A DNA stretch of 60,269 nucleotides, taken from the NCBI GenBank assembly GCA_002269645.1, contig NIVC01004113.1, positions 1 to 60,269 of the forward strand, written 5' to 3'. The notes beneath the pieces were generated by a model. It ran no database searches, was not told the DNA's origin, and saw only the letters and a list, made by a program, of their open reading frames with translations. Origin of the DNA: Macrostomum lignano. Taxonomy: Eukaryota. Made by a program: the position numbers and the translations under genes. Position 1 is the stretch's first letter. Every line of letters begins with the position of its first letter. Positions 26,106 through 40,130 of the stretch are shown here, piece by piece.

Positions 26106-26837
26106 ATGGATATTAGTGAAGGTTACAGAGTGCAGGTGCAAGAATTCGAAGGCCAGAAATACATCGCGATCAGGAAGTTTTACCGACATGGCAGCACAGC
26201 AAGCCTCAAGCCTGGTGTTCCTGGTTTCAACTTGAATGTGCAGCAGTGGACGAAGCTAAAGGAGTTAAAGCGCTCCCTGGTGAAGTCGGCTCTGAACAAC
26301 GAGCTCAAGGTCATCAAGCTGGGCTTCGACAAATTTGTTCAAGTCAAGGATGGCCTCATCTGGCTGAAGCGGCTGCCTGAGGACTGCTGTGATGAATTTA
26401 TGAAGCGCAACACCGTGCCGCTGTCTCCGAGGCTCTGGCAGAAGCTGTGGCAGACTTCGGACTGGATAGACCAGCAGCTATCAGAGCCCTACCAAGGTGC
26501 GGGGGCGAAGTACGAGCTGAGCTCATCCGAAGATGAGGACGAAGACGCCACCCTCATACTGCCGGTCAAGACTGAGGCTGCTGAAGGCGAGGAGGAGGTC
26601 GGCTCACCATCGGAGCTGACAACCGACATCGAGGCTGTGACTTCCACACCTTTGGCCAGAGCCGGCACATCGACTGGGAACATCCCGGCGGAGGACACGG
26701 ACCTACAGCAGGATCCGGTGTGGTACCGATTCCGGGCTCATGCCGCTGAGGTGGAGAACAATCGGAAGCGAAAACTGCCGTATCCTCTGCGCAGGCAGGA
26801 GACAATGAAGGTGTCTAAGCTGCGTTTTGAAGACTGA
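26106..26837 (+). CDS. PC4/Sub1-like ssDNA-binding protein (one clear and one degenerate PC4 repeat, acidic linker, basic tail)
   Basis: YRVQVQEFEGQKYIAIRKFY..KPGVPGFNLNVQQWTKL fits the PC4 pattern (VSVSEFKGKxxIDIREY..PGKKGISLxxEQW). A second unit reads IKLGFDKFVQV..TVPLSPRLWQKL. Confidence 0.75.
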   Translation: MDISEGYRVQVQEFEGQKYIAIRKFYRHGSTASLKPGVPGFNLNVQQWTKLKELKRSLVKSALNNELKVIKLGFDKFVQVKDGLIWLKRLPEDCCDEFMKRNTVPLSPRLWQKLWQTSDWIDQQLSEPYQGAGAKYELSSSEDEDEDATLILPVKTEAAEGEEEVGSPSELTTDIEAVTSTPLARAGTSTGNIPAEDTDLQQDPVWYRFRAHAAEVENNRKRKLPYPLRRQETMKVSKLRFED

Positions 26838-27205
26838 GCTGGAGGTTGGATGAGACTGATGAGACTCAAAGGATAATTCAGTTTGGTTTGCTTTTGTCTA
26901 ATTTTATTCAGCTAAGTTAAGTTTTGACAATTGTCGTAACCGTTTAGTCTTATTTATTCAGGTGTTAACAAACCAAGTTTATACTTAAATGCATGCAGTT
27001 TATACTTATTTGCACTACTCAGTGTAACTATTTCCTGCAATCTTCTTTTTAAGATCACCAACTGTTCGCAGTCCCTAAGTTAAAAAAATATAATAAGTGT
27101 ACGCTGTATGAGTTTAATATTGGAATAAAACCTGTCTTTTAAAACGCCAATCGTTGTTCTTAAGAAAAACATACCTGTGTACATCTGGTTCTTTTTCATT
27201 TGAGG

Positions 27206-28273
27206 ATGGAAAAAATTTACTTTGACCCACAACAGCCGGCTAGTTTTTCTAGTGCTTCCAAACTGTTGAATGAAGTTAGGAGAAGAGGAGATCACATATC
27301 CACTAAGTGCATAGAACAGTGGCTCAGTGAGCAGCCAGTGCACACCCTACACAAGCCAGCTAGAAGGCGATATCCAAGGGCCCCAATCATAGTGCGGGCT
27401 ATCGATGATCAGTGGGAACTTGACTTGGTAGAAATGATTCCATTCGCAAAGTATAATAAAGGCTACAAATATATTCTTACATGTATTGACGTACTGTCAA
27501 AGTGTGCTTGGGCCAAGGCACTGAAAAATAAAACTGCTACAGAAGTGAAGTCAGCATTCGAGAGCATACTGAGAAGTTCAAAGCGCCAGCCACGCACAGT
27601 TCGCACAGATCAGGGGAAGGAATTTATCAACTCCACTTTCCGTCAATACTGCATTGACAGAGGGATTCTGGCTTTCCCAACTAACAGCGAGCAGAAGGCG
27701 GCTGTCATTGAGCGATGGAATCGAACTCTGAAAAGTAGAATGTGGCGCTACTTCACCTACAAGAGTACACTGCACTGGCTTGATGTGCTGCCTAAGCTGG
27801 TAAAATCTTACAACAATACCTATCACAGAAGCATCAAAATGGCACCCACTAGTGTCTGCAAAGAGAATGAATCTGAAGTGTGGATGAACCTGTACGACGG
27901 AAAAGCAGTCGAGACTCTAGAAAAATTAAGGAAGCCTAAATTCGCTGAAAACCAGTCAGTGAGAATTTCCAATGCTCCACGGCTATTCAAAAAGGGATAC
28001 AAAGCGAGCTGGAGTGAGGAAGTGTACACCGTGGTGAGCAGAGCCCCAAAACATTATCCCTACATGTACAAGATTAAAGACATGCGGGGGGAAGAGATTC
28101 GAGGACTCTTCCATGAGCACGAGCTGCAGGCTGTCCCGGACTCACAGCGGCTGTATGTGATTGAGAAGATCCTGAAAACGGAGAAGCGGAAGGGAAAAAT
28201 TCGCTATCTGGTGAAGTGGGCCGGCTACGACTCGACTGGCTGGGTGGATGAAAAAGACTTAAGAAAGGTTTAG
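27206..28273 (+). CDS. Polinton-type DDE (rve) integrase with C-terminal chromodomain
   Basis: QWELDLVEM (D), RTDQGKEF (D), AVIERWNRTLK (E), YNNTYHRSIKMAP, WSEEVYTV; chromodomain YVIEKIL..YLVKWAGYDSTGWV; intact ORF. Confidence 0.95.
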   Translation: MEKIYFDPQQPASFSSASKLLNEVRRRGDHISTKCIEQWLSEQPVHTLHKPARRRYPRAPIIVRAIDDQWELDLVEMIPFAKYNKGYKYILTCIDVLSKCAWAKALKNKTATEVKSAFESILRSSKRQPRTVRTDQGKEFINSTFRQYCIDRGILAFPTNSEQKAAVIERWNRTLKSRMWRYFTYKSTLHWLDVLPKLVKSYNNTYHRSIKMAPTSVCKENESEVWMNLYDGKAVETLEKLRKPKFAENQSVRISNAPRLFKKGYKASWSEEVYTVVSRAPKHYPYMYKIKDMRGEEIRGLFHEHELQAVPDSQRLYVIEKILKTEKRKGKIRYLVKWAGYDSTGWVDEKDLRKV

Positions 28274-28292
28274 CTTTGGCACATCCCTCATC

Positions 28293-29120
28293 ATGAAGTT
28301 TATCTTTATAATGCGAACTATTTTGATTAACAGTGAGCATGCTGAAGGTACTCCTAGTGACTTTAATTTTTACCTGTCTTCACCTATTTACTTGGATCGA
28401 AATGTGGACTATGAGGCAGGTCTGGCTGAAATCCATCTGCCTGCTGCATGGTTCAATGTTGACGAGCCTTACTGCTTCACTGTCTCAGATGGAAGAGAGC
28501 ATGAGGCCCTGGTTCTTCAACCCGGACGCTTTGCTAGAGTGGAGGAGCTGGTGGAGCGCCTGAATGAGCTGCTGGCCAACTCTGATTCGCTGTTCTTTGA
28601 TGCGATGAGTGACAGGGAGTCTGAGATGGAGGCTGATGAGTCCGGCCTGATGGGGCGTAGTGGCAACAGGGAATTTGGTATGAAGTTCGAAATCCGCAAC
28701 TCACGAACTGTGGTGCACAACAACACTACGAGAGCAGAGCTGTTTCTCCCATCCAGCAAAATTCTGCATTGGCTGGGATTTGGAAACCAGGCTGTGAAAA
28801 TCCAGCCAGGGAGCCGCGTGTCCGAGCATTGCATTGGCTGTCCGCGCACCAGCTTAATCAATGTACACTGCAGTGTCGTTGAGTCAACTAATTGCAACTG
28901 GGGCTCCTTGTTGAGAACAGTTGGAATGAAAGCTGGCATTGAATGGGGCAACTATCAAACAAAAATATTTAAGAAAACAATATTCTTCCCGATTCAACGA
29001 ATCAGTCTTCTTCACAGCATTCGAGTTCAGCTGCGGGACATCTATGGTTGCCCACTGATTGCCCAGACTCACAGCCCTGTTCTTCTCACAGTTCAGATTC
29101 GGGAGAAACGCATTCAATGA
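28293..29120 (+). CDS. Minor capsid protein (penton) of Polinton/adintovirus type
   Basis: N-terminal TPSDFNFYLSSPIYL..YEAGLAEIHLPAAWFNV and C-terminal FFPIQ..IRVQLRDIYG resemble Polinton penton motifs; sits between integrase and hexon. Confidence 0.75.
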   Translation: MKFIFIMRTILINSEHAEGTPSDFNFYLSSPIYLDRNVDYEAGLAEIHLPAAWFNVDEPYCFTVSDGREHEALVLQPGRFARVEELVERLNELLANSDSLFFDAMSDRESEMEADESGLMGRSGNREFGMKFEIRNSRTVVHNNTTRAELFLPSSKILHWLGFGNQAVKIQPGSRVSEHCIGCPRTSLINVHCSVVESTNCNWGSLLRTVGMKAGIEWGNYQTKIFKKTIFFPIQRISLLHSIRVQLRDIYGCPLIAQTHSPVLLTVQIREKRIQ

Positions 29121-29506
29121 ACTACCAGCAGCTGATCCAGCAATATTCGGGGGTGAGGACAGGACACGAAAAGCCTGCACTCTATGGCTGTGGGAGCTTC
29201 CCTGGGATCATGACATACCAGCCTCCTCCAGCGGCTACATCCTTATCCTCAACGCTTAGCAATGTCAGGCGCAAAAGAAATACTGAAGCAAGTCCGAAAC
29301 GATTGAAGAAGAAGAAGCGCACCCGAAAGGCAACTGGTGGCGATCGCCCCAATAAGAGGTCCAATGGAAGAAAGCCGAGCAAGGCTAGTGGGAAAAAGCT
29401 TAAGAATAGGAAGACGAAAGCAAAGAAGAATAGAGCAGGCGGAGGAAAGCGAAAGCAAAAAGTCAGCAAGAAAACTGTGAAACGCGTGCTCGACTCTCTG
29501 TCATAG
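29117..29506 (+). CDS. Small basic core/DNA-condensing protein (pVII/pX-like), 129 aa
   Basis: ATG overlaps the penton TGA (ATGA); LYGCG fits the adenain consensus (M/L/I)xGx-G; very K/R-rich C-terminal half. Confidence 0.65.
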   Translation: MNYQQLIQQYSGVRTGHEKPALYGCGSFPGIMTYQPPPAATSLSSTLSNVRRKRNTEASPKRLKKKKRTRKATGGDRPNKRSNGRKPSKASGKKLKNRKTKAKKNRAGGGKRKQKVSKKTVKRVLDSLS

Positions 29507-29508
29507 AC

Positions 29509-30411
29509 ATGGCTTACGGATTCAATCCCAGACTTGATTTATTTAAAACGCCCGTTTTACAAACCTGCATTGAAAAAGCTACTTATGTTGATATTCACCC
29601 AGTAAATTCCATTAGTGCAAACTCCCCCATTGAATTTGACTGCCACCAATCTGCCGATGAATACACAGATCTGCTTAATTCTTTTCTTTATATTCGCTGC
29701 CGCCTTGTGAGACTGGATGGGGGTTTGCTGAGGGAGGATGTTCGAGATGGAGATGGCATCATCACCGAGCGCAGAGACAGTGATGTGCACCCAGAAAACT
29801 TTGTTCTGTCTACAGCCTTCTCAGATGTAATTGTGAGCATTAATCAGCGAGTGGTGTCTGGTGGAGACCAGCTCTATCCCTACCATGCGTACTTCAAAGC
29901 ACTAATGTGCTCATCTGATGCCCAGCAACTAAAACTTTACCCTGCTGGCTTCCTGGAGCCGGACTCGGCAGCTGAAGAGCACACGGAGAGCCACAGGGAA
30001 TCCCGATGGATGGAGTATGCGGGGCCGCTCTTCAGCGATGTTTTCCAGTGCCCAGTGTTTCTGCTAAGCAATCTGCACTTGCACATCAAACTGGTCCCCA
30101 GCGATGGGGCCTTTGCCATCAGAACCCCGAATGTAAACAACGCGGCTTATCGCATGGAAATCTCTCACAGCATTCTGCATCTTCGCCGAGTCAAAGTGAT
30201 GCCCCACATCAGCCTGGCTCACGAGCAGGGGCTGACAAACCAAAATGCACTGTATCCCATCGAGCGAACTGAAATGCAGAACTTCATCCTACCCCAGGGC
30301 ATTCAATCTAAAAACATTGAAGGATTCACTCATGGAAAATTGCCGAAGTTCATCATGCTGGCCTTCGTGAGCCACCGAGCATTCAACGGTCATCATCACG
30401 CGAGTCCGTAG
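29509..30411 (+). pseudogene. Major capsid protein (hexon, double jelly-roll), C-terminally truncated at 300 aa
   Basis: LDLFKTPVLQTCIE..HPVNSI..PIEF..YTDLLNSFLYIR and LPKFIMLAFVSHRAFNG..SP resemble Polinton MCP motifs. The stop TAG (30409-30411) comes from the internal TIR copy. Confidence 0.88.
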
Positions 30412-31233
30412 TATGAGTTTATGCAACTCTGCCGCACTTGCACTGCGGAGATAGGCGGTAATGTAAAAGGATAGGAGGGCGTAAAAGAGCCAGCTGAGAT
30501 AGCCAATGGAAATAAGGGCGTGGGGTGGGTGTGATTGGCTGGGTGGTGAAACGCTTATGCAACTCTGCCGCACTGGGGGAGGCAGGTAGCAAAGCAAAGA
30601 ATCGGAAGGTTTTGGAATAGCAGAGTAAACAAATTAAAAACAAGGTAGGCATGGCGTGGAAACGTCCACCTCAATTTGTGCCTGGCTCGGCAACTCCTCG
30701 GCGTCCCCCACTGTGTTTATCCTATAGCATGCCTATGCAACTCTGCCGCACAATTTGTCAGTGCGGAGTGAAATAGATAAGAGAGAGGCTCTGGTCTTCT
30801 TGAGTGTCTGGCTCTGGCGATTCTAATAAATGGGCAATAAACTTTGTAACGGGTGCGGGGCTTGAGTGGAAAGGGTAGGGTTGGAAGTGGAGGTGAGGTT
30901 GATGAGCTCTAAAACAGTTGTTCAACTCTGCCGCACTTTCACTGTGCAGGGACAGAGGTGAGCTCTAAAAAACAGTTGTTCAACTCTGCCGCACTTTCAC
31001 TGTGCAGGGACAGACAGTTGTGCTATTCCAAAACCTTCCGATTCTTTGCTTTGCTACCTGCCTCCCCCAGTGCGGCAGAGTTGCATAAGCGTTTCACCAC
31101 CCAGCCAATCACACCCACCCCACGCCCTTATTTCCATTGGCTATCTCAGCTCTGGCTCTTTTACGCCCTCCTATCCTTTTACATTACCGACTATCTCCGC
31201 AGTGCAAGTGCGGCAGAGTTGCACAAACTCATA

Positions 31234-31238
<5 letters not shown>
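30408..31238 (+). mobile_element. Maverick-derived mini-element (MITE-like, ~830 bp, both TIRs, no genes)
   Basis: Left TIR at about 30408-30622 (first A missing), a subterminal copy of 25253-25700, and right TIR 31021-31238. Confidence 0.85.
31021..31238 (-). repeat. Right TIR of the Maverick-derived element (218 bp)
   Basis: Reverse complement of the left TIR; followed by the TSD CGCGCT. Confidence 0.95.
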
Positions 31239-34549
<3,311 letters not shown>

Positions 34550-35462
34550 GTCTGTCGGCTCACTGAATTATCTAAACACTTGTAAATGTGTCGGATATCT
34601 GCGATAATAACGCAAATTTAGCTGTGCTGCATTTGCCAAGTTCACTGACAAACAACAAGACGATTTGTTATAAGCAAGCTTCAATAGCACCCACCCCCAC
34701 CCAAAGGGCTAAAACACCAACCTATAGTGTTACATTTAAGTCAAGACAGAGCAGAGACGTGCGGAGAGCAATGGAAAATGAGCACACGTGCAGAGTCAAA
34801 ATCACGATTGATAGTACACGCAGTAAAAGCGCACGCCCAACCCCCAGGCGTGGGCGCTTTAATAATAGAATTCACACTACTTTTAGTAGCCAACCAAAAT
34901 CAATGATTCGTATGTCGTATCACTCGGTTTAATTGAAGAGCGTTTGAAGCTGATTACAGAGCGGTAATGCGCCCGAGACTCTCAACCCAAGCCTCGGGTC
35001 AAATTTCCGGGGACATACATGTGTACATAAAAATTTATATTCATTACTCGTATTAACAAAATTTAAAAACCTAAATTGCCTTTTTGTGGGTATTATACAT
35101 TTTCTGATGACGAGAAACCTGAGTACAAAACAGTGATTGGACCTGTTTGGTCTGTGATTGGCCTTGCTACCATAGACAAAAACTCAATCACTGGCAAACG
35201 TCTCTGATTCAATATAAAATCTGATGGCTTATTTAACTGACGTTTAATGGGCGCCTTTGCAGCAAGGAATCAGCAGTCTATGGTACAACTACTTCTATAC
35301 CGGGATGATTTGATGTCGCAAATAGAAAACGACAAAAAGCGTAAATGAATAACGCACAACTAATAGTATATACATTAATACTATAAGTTAACCTAACGTA
35401 AGTGTAACCTAACGGCGCCCTCTGATTTTCCCATTAACGCCCTTAAAGCATGGGTATTACTA

Positions 35463-36705
35463 TTAGGGTGAGCCAAGTCCGGAATTTGAACAATTTAAAA
35501 CTATAACAAATAGTGTCAAGAACAAACAGTTTACAGCGATGTGATGTAGTTGCCATTCAAGGCCCTGAACCCCTCCCATCTTGCTGGCAATGCCTCAATC
35601 CCCTCCCTCCAGAAGCTCGCAGGCTTTGAATCAATCCATTTCTGCACTGCCTGCTCCACATGTTGCTTGTTGGCGAACCGCTGTCCATCACAAAAGCTCT
35701 GGAGAGACCTGAACACATGGTAGTCGCATGGCGAGAGGTCTGGCGAGTATGGTGGGTGGGGCAAAACACTGAAGCCCAGGCTTGCCAGCTTGGCCTGGGT
35801 GAGTTTTGCTTTGTGAGGCCGCGCATTGTCGAAGAGGAGCACCTTGTCGCGGTGTCCCGGGCACACGGATCGCAGCAAACGGGCGACCTGCTCCAGTTCG
35901 CTGCAGATCACCTCCGCGTTCACAGCCATGCCATGCGGGACTACCTCCCAGAAAACAGGGCCAGACGAGCAGAACCAGAAAGAGAGCAGCTCCTTGCCGC
36001 AGTGGGCGTTCCGCATTGGGCAGCTGGGTGGTTCTTCAGAAGCATCGACCCAGACGGCTGATGTGCTTGGGTTCTCATAGCAGACCCACTTCTCGTCTTG
36101 AGCTATTATCGACTTGAGAAAGTTTGGCGAACCGGCCTGGCAAAGATTCGAAGTTGCCGCATCCACCCTGGCTCTCAGCTGCTGAGGTGTCAGCTCATGG
36201 GGCACCAGAGTTGGCTTCTTCGGCACCTTGTCCGCAGCATGCAGGCTCCGCCGGACCGTGCCACAGGACACCCCAGTAGCAGCTGACAGCTTGCGCACGC
36301 TGTAGTCCGGATTGTCCTCAATGGCTTGGAGAACGGCATCGCCATCAGCAGCAGGGGGTCGGCCTGACCTCGGCTTGTCCTTCAGCTCATAGTTCTCCTC
36401 AGCAAAGCGAGAGAACCAGTCGTACACGGACGACTTGGCAACTCGCGATGTGCCTCTGCTGCGTTGCGTCCCGCATGAAAGTGGTTGAGCAGAATTGCTC
36501 GCCATTCAGTTCTTGGCTGTTCCATTGGATGCGTTTGCTGGCTAAGTAGGCAGGGTCTGGGGAACTGAGCGATGTTAAGCTAAAGAGTGATGATAAGGCT
36601 GGCCAACAGTATAGTAGATGGTTGGTGCTTTTAAGCTTTTCCATAGACAAAAATTAACTAAAAGTTCGATTCTAAAAAATTCCGGAAACTTTTGGCTCAC
36701 CCTAA
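35463..36705 (-). mobile_element. Mariner (DD34D) transposon, 1243 bp
   Basis: Imperfect TIRs (TTAGGGTGAGCCAA..TCCGGAATTT), TA TSD at 35461-62 and 36706-07, and a transposase ORF. Confidence 0.95.
35531..36525 (-). pseudogene. Mariner transposase with a frameshifting deletion in the first HTH
   Basis: The native N-terminus MEQPRTEWRAILLNHFHAGRNAAEAHREL (ATG 36525) is out of frame with AKSSVYDWFSRF..LVPHEL..QDEKW..FDNARPH..YSPDLSPCDYHVF. Confidence 0.85.
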
Positions 36706-36713
36706 TATTATTG

Positions 36714-36834
36714 TGCCATAGACATTTGTGTCCTTGACAAAGTGGGACAGAATAATCGGGCGTTAAATGTCATTGACTGTCCGCTAATTTCGATATTTCT
36801 TTACTGCAAGCGGGCTTAAATGTAGTCTATGGCA
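36714..36834. mobile_element. Small MITE-like element with TGCCATAGAC/GTCTATGGCA termini
   Basis: 10-bp perfect TIR plus imperfect extension; the CCATAGAC/GTCTATGG motif recurs at 37419, 37493, 49380 and 49991. Confidence 0.45.
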
Positions 36835-38254
36835 TTAAAAGGCAAGAATAAGTGCCCAGCGGGCACAAAGGTCATGGTACAATGCTTCCTCTCAATAGTT
36901 TTCTACATGTATGCTAGCTTCAAAAAAGTCTGCACGCACTAAACAGGATTTCAATTTTAGGACCATCAAAATGACGATTAGACTTCACTCCGCGTGCAGT
37001 AGAGGACTCACAAGACCCACCAGAAGCGACAAACTCACCGGTGGGACCGCTGCTCGGGTTTGCTTCTGGAACAGAGATGCCTTGTAAAGCACTGGACGCA
37101 ATATCCTAGCCACCTAGGCAAAAGGGAAAGACGATTCTCAGACATCCTGGCACTCCAAGTCGGTCGAACCAAGCAACTCACCCATGACGGCTTGTCGAAG
37201 GTAAAGATGATAGACACACCGATACAGCAGCAGTTGGATTCTCAAATGAGTTGAAAAAATCAGAGAAGTCGAAGGCTTCCTCAGTGCCAGCCCTAGCAAA
37301 TTGAACAGCACAAATCCTCGGTAAAGCAGTTAGACTGATTTAGTCGTACTCGCTTCTCTCCGCTTTAGACATTCTTTCACTTGCTGACTGCCTTAAGATA
37401 ATTCTTACTAAAACATTGTCTATGGCCCGCGAGAAAGATTTAAGACTGTATGAGAATCCTAAGCTGTTTTGAGAATTTCTACATACAAGTTTGTCTATGG
37501 TACCATTGTGGGGGCATCGCCCCACACCCCCAGCGGGGGCTCTGCTCCCTCACCCACTCCCCCTCAGCCACGGTCGACCAGATGGAATACGCCAAAAATA
37601 AGCAATCTGATTTCATATAAAATAATAGCCATTATGTTAAGCTGTCTATATGGTTAGAGTGTCCTTGGCCACTCCTTGGCCACACTAAGAGGGTTCTTGT
37701 TATATTAAGTTTCCCACGTAGTGAAATTTCGTTGTTGCTAATGAAGTTTTTGACCTGGTGGAAGTGGCTGTTATCCTTGTGAAGGATTGTGCTGCCGACA
37801 TTGTGAAAATTCGAGTTTGTGAACCCCGCCACTCCCGCCCCCCGACTTTAGCAACCGCTACTATCATCCGGACGGTGGTTACACCAGGTTTATCCAGCAC
37901 CTAAAAACTAGATAAACCGTCATATTGACTATAGCGATATTGCCCAAGGATACATGCCTATGCGATTGATTTTAGAAAAGACACTGCTTGGTTGATCATC
38001 GCTAAACTTTACTTTTTAGATCAGAAACTTATACAATATATTAGTAGTTAAAGCATCGGTAGACTATATACTCGTATATTTACGCATTAGAGCCAATGAA
38101 AACGGCAGGGTAGAGCCGTCAGGGATCAACAAAAAAGCTCAAGCTGCTGATAAAGCTCAAATAGAGAAAATTTTTATGAATTAGAAACTATAAATAATAA
38201 TAAAATAGATAACACAAACTCATTTATAACTAAGGCAGCGTTCGAAGGGCGGGT

Positions 38255-39135
38255 GCTTACTGAAGGATGAGAGGGTAGTGGCGGATGTTTACTGAAGAAT
38301 GGGAGGGTAGGGGCGGATGTTTACTGAAGGATAGGAGGGTAGGGGGCGGATGTCTACTGAAGGATAGGAGGGTAGGGGGCGGATGTCTACTGAGGATAGG
38401 AGGGAAGGGGCGGATGTCTAAGAAGGATGCGAGGGTAGGGGGCGGATGTCCAAGAAGGATGGGAGGGTAGGGGGGATGTCCAAGAAGGATGGGAGGGTAG
38501 GGGGCGGATGTCCAAGAAGGATGGGAGGGTAGGGGGCGGATGTCCAAGAAGGATGGGAGGGTAGGGGCGGATCTCCACTGAAGGATAGGAAAGTAGGGGG
38601 CGGATGTCTACTGAAAGATAGGAGGGTAGGGGGCGGATGTCTACTGAAGGATAGGAGGGTAGGGGGCGGATGTCTACTGAAAGATAGGAGGGTAGGGGGC
38701 GGATGTCTACTGAGGATGGGAGGGAAGGGGGCGGATGTCTACGGAAGGATGGGAGGGAAGGGGGCGGATGTCTACGGAAGGATGGGAGGGAAGGGGGCGG
38801 ATGCCTACTGAAGGATAGGAGGGTAGGGGGCGGATGTCCAAGAAGGATGTGAGGGTAGGGGCGGATGTCTACTGAAGGATAGGAGGATAGGGGGCGGATG
38901 TCTACTGAGGATGGGAGGGAAGGGGGCGGATGTCCAAGAAGGATGCGAGGGTAGGGGGCGGATGTCCAAGAAGGATGGGAGGGTAGGGGCGGATGTCCAA
39001 GAAGGATGGGAGGGTAGGGGCGGATGTCCAAGAAGGATGGGAGGGTAGGGGGCGGATGTCCAAGAAGGATGGGAGGGTAGGAGGCGGATGTCCAAGAAGG
39101 ATGGGAGGGTAGGGGCGGATCTCCACTGAAGGATC
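38255..39135. repeat. 28-29-bp G-rich minisatellite (GGCGGATGTCCAAGAAGGATGGGAGGGTAGG)n
   Basis: Direct reading. Confidence 0.92.
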
Positions 39136-39638
39136 ATTGCCCCACTGATAAAAAGGTAACCAATATATTTAACACAAAATAACAAAGCAGTGCAATTGAA
39201 CAAACGAACAAAGGTTGCAGTCAGTTTACATGTAAACTGTTTGGAAATTGTGACGCAATAAAGAAAACAAAAAACACGTGACCAAAAGCCGACTCGAATC
39301 AAGCATAAATTTGGTCTGCTTACTATAATTTAAACTTTGAAAAGCTACAAGTTGACTAAAAGCATAGCTGCTTTAAAAAAGCGACACAAAAGTATGTTAT
39401 GCACTTTTGCAAAAGTCTGGAAAGCTTAGAATCCAAAGAAAATGAAATACAGATTAAAGTGCTTCAACTAAACAAAGTTTTTTGTTCTCTCGCCGTCTAT
39501 AAAAACTTGATTTCCGCAAGAAAAAATAGTCGATTTATTGTACTGCAAAAATGTTGTTAATCCAGCTGAGAACTACAAAAGATCGATTGGTCAAGATTGA
39601 GTATGGAATGGGTTTGGAGTGAGTGAGGTGGGCAGATA

Positions 39639-39997
39639 GGGGCCGTAGCCTATTTGGTCTAGCGCGGTGCTCCGATGTACCAGCGGCCCAGGCTCGATTC
39701 CAAGTGCAGTCACAATTAATTTGGGGCTAAATTGTAATCTCGGCTTGGCTCTGCTCGTGCAATTAACGGCCTTGAGGGCCAAACCCACAAAGCACAGTGA
39801 AATGAAAATTGTAGTTCTAACCTAGCGATAAATAAAGTTAGGGTCGCTGTACACTCCTGTGTGAGTGTGTGCCTGTGCGCATAACTGCGTACGTAACCGC
39901 GCGCTTGTGCGCCTGCTCAGGGGAGCCAGCGGAATGGGCAGTAATGGTTCTCGCCGGTTGTGCGACAATGTCGCTCAAAGTGCGCCAGGGTGGGCAG
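39639..39997 (+). mobile_element. tRNA-derived SINE, near full length, antisense in the CHK2 3' region
   Basis: tRNA-like head GGGGCCGTAGCCTATTTGG (A box) and GCTCGATTCC (B box); two other copies in the window. Confidence 0.8.
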
Positions 39998-40130
39998 AGG
40001 AGTAAGTTGGGCGCGGCGGGTTCAAGGAATCTTCAATTAGGTACTTTTGGCTACCTATTTTCATTGAGAGCCTAACACAAAAGCGACGCCCACTCTACTC
40101 AGTTTGACTCTACGTAGCCTACCCCCCCCC

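Noticed and set aside
25036-31015. ~600-bp direct repeats (about 25036-25700 and 30408-31015) as LTRs or DIRS-type ends
   Set aside because: No RT, gag or tyrosine recombinase; AGTAG termini, 6-bp TSD and capsid genes indicate a Polinton. The direct repeat is the left end of the nested mini-element.
35104-35120. CTGATGA...GAAAC hammerhead-like motif
   Set aside because: No stem II or stem III pairing
38255-39135. G-quadruplex potential of the G-rich array
   Set aside because: Expected from composition; nothing in the sequence links it to a function
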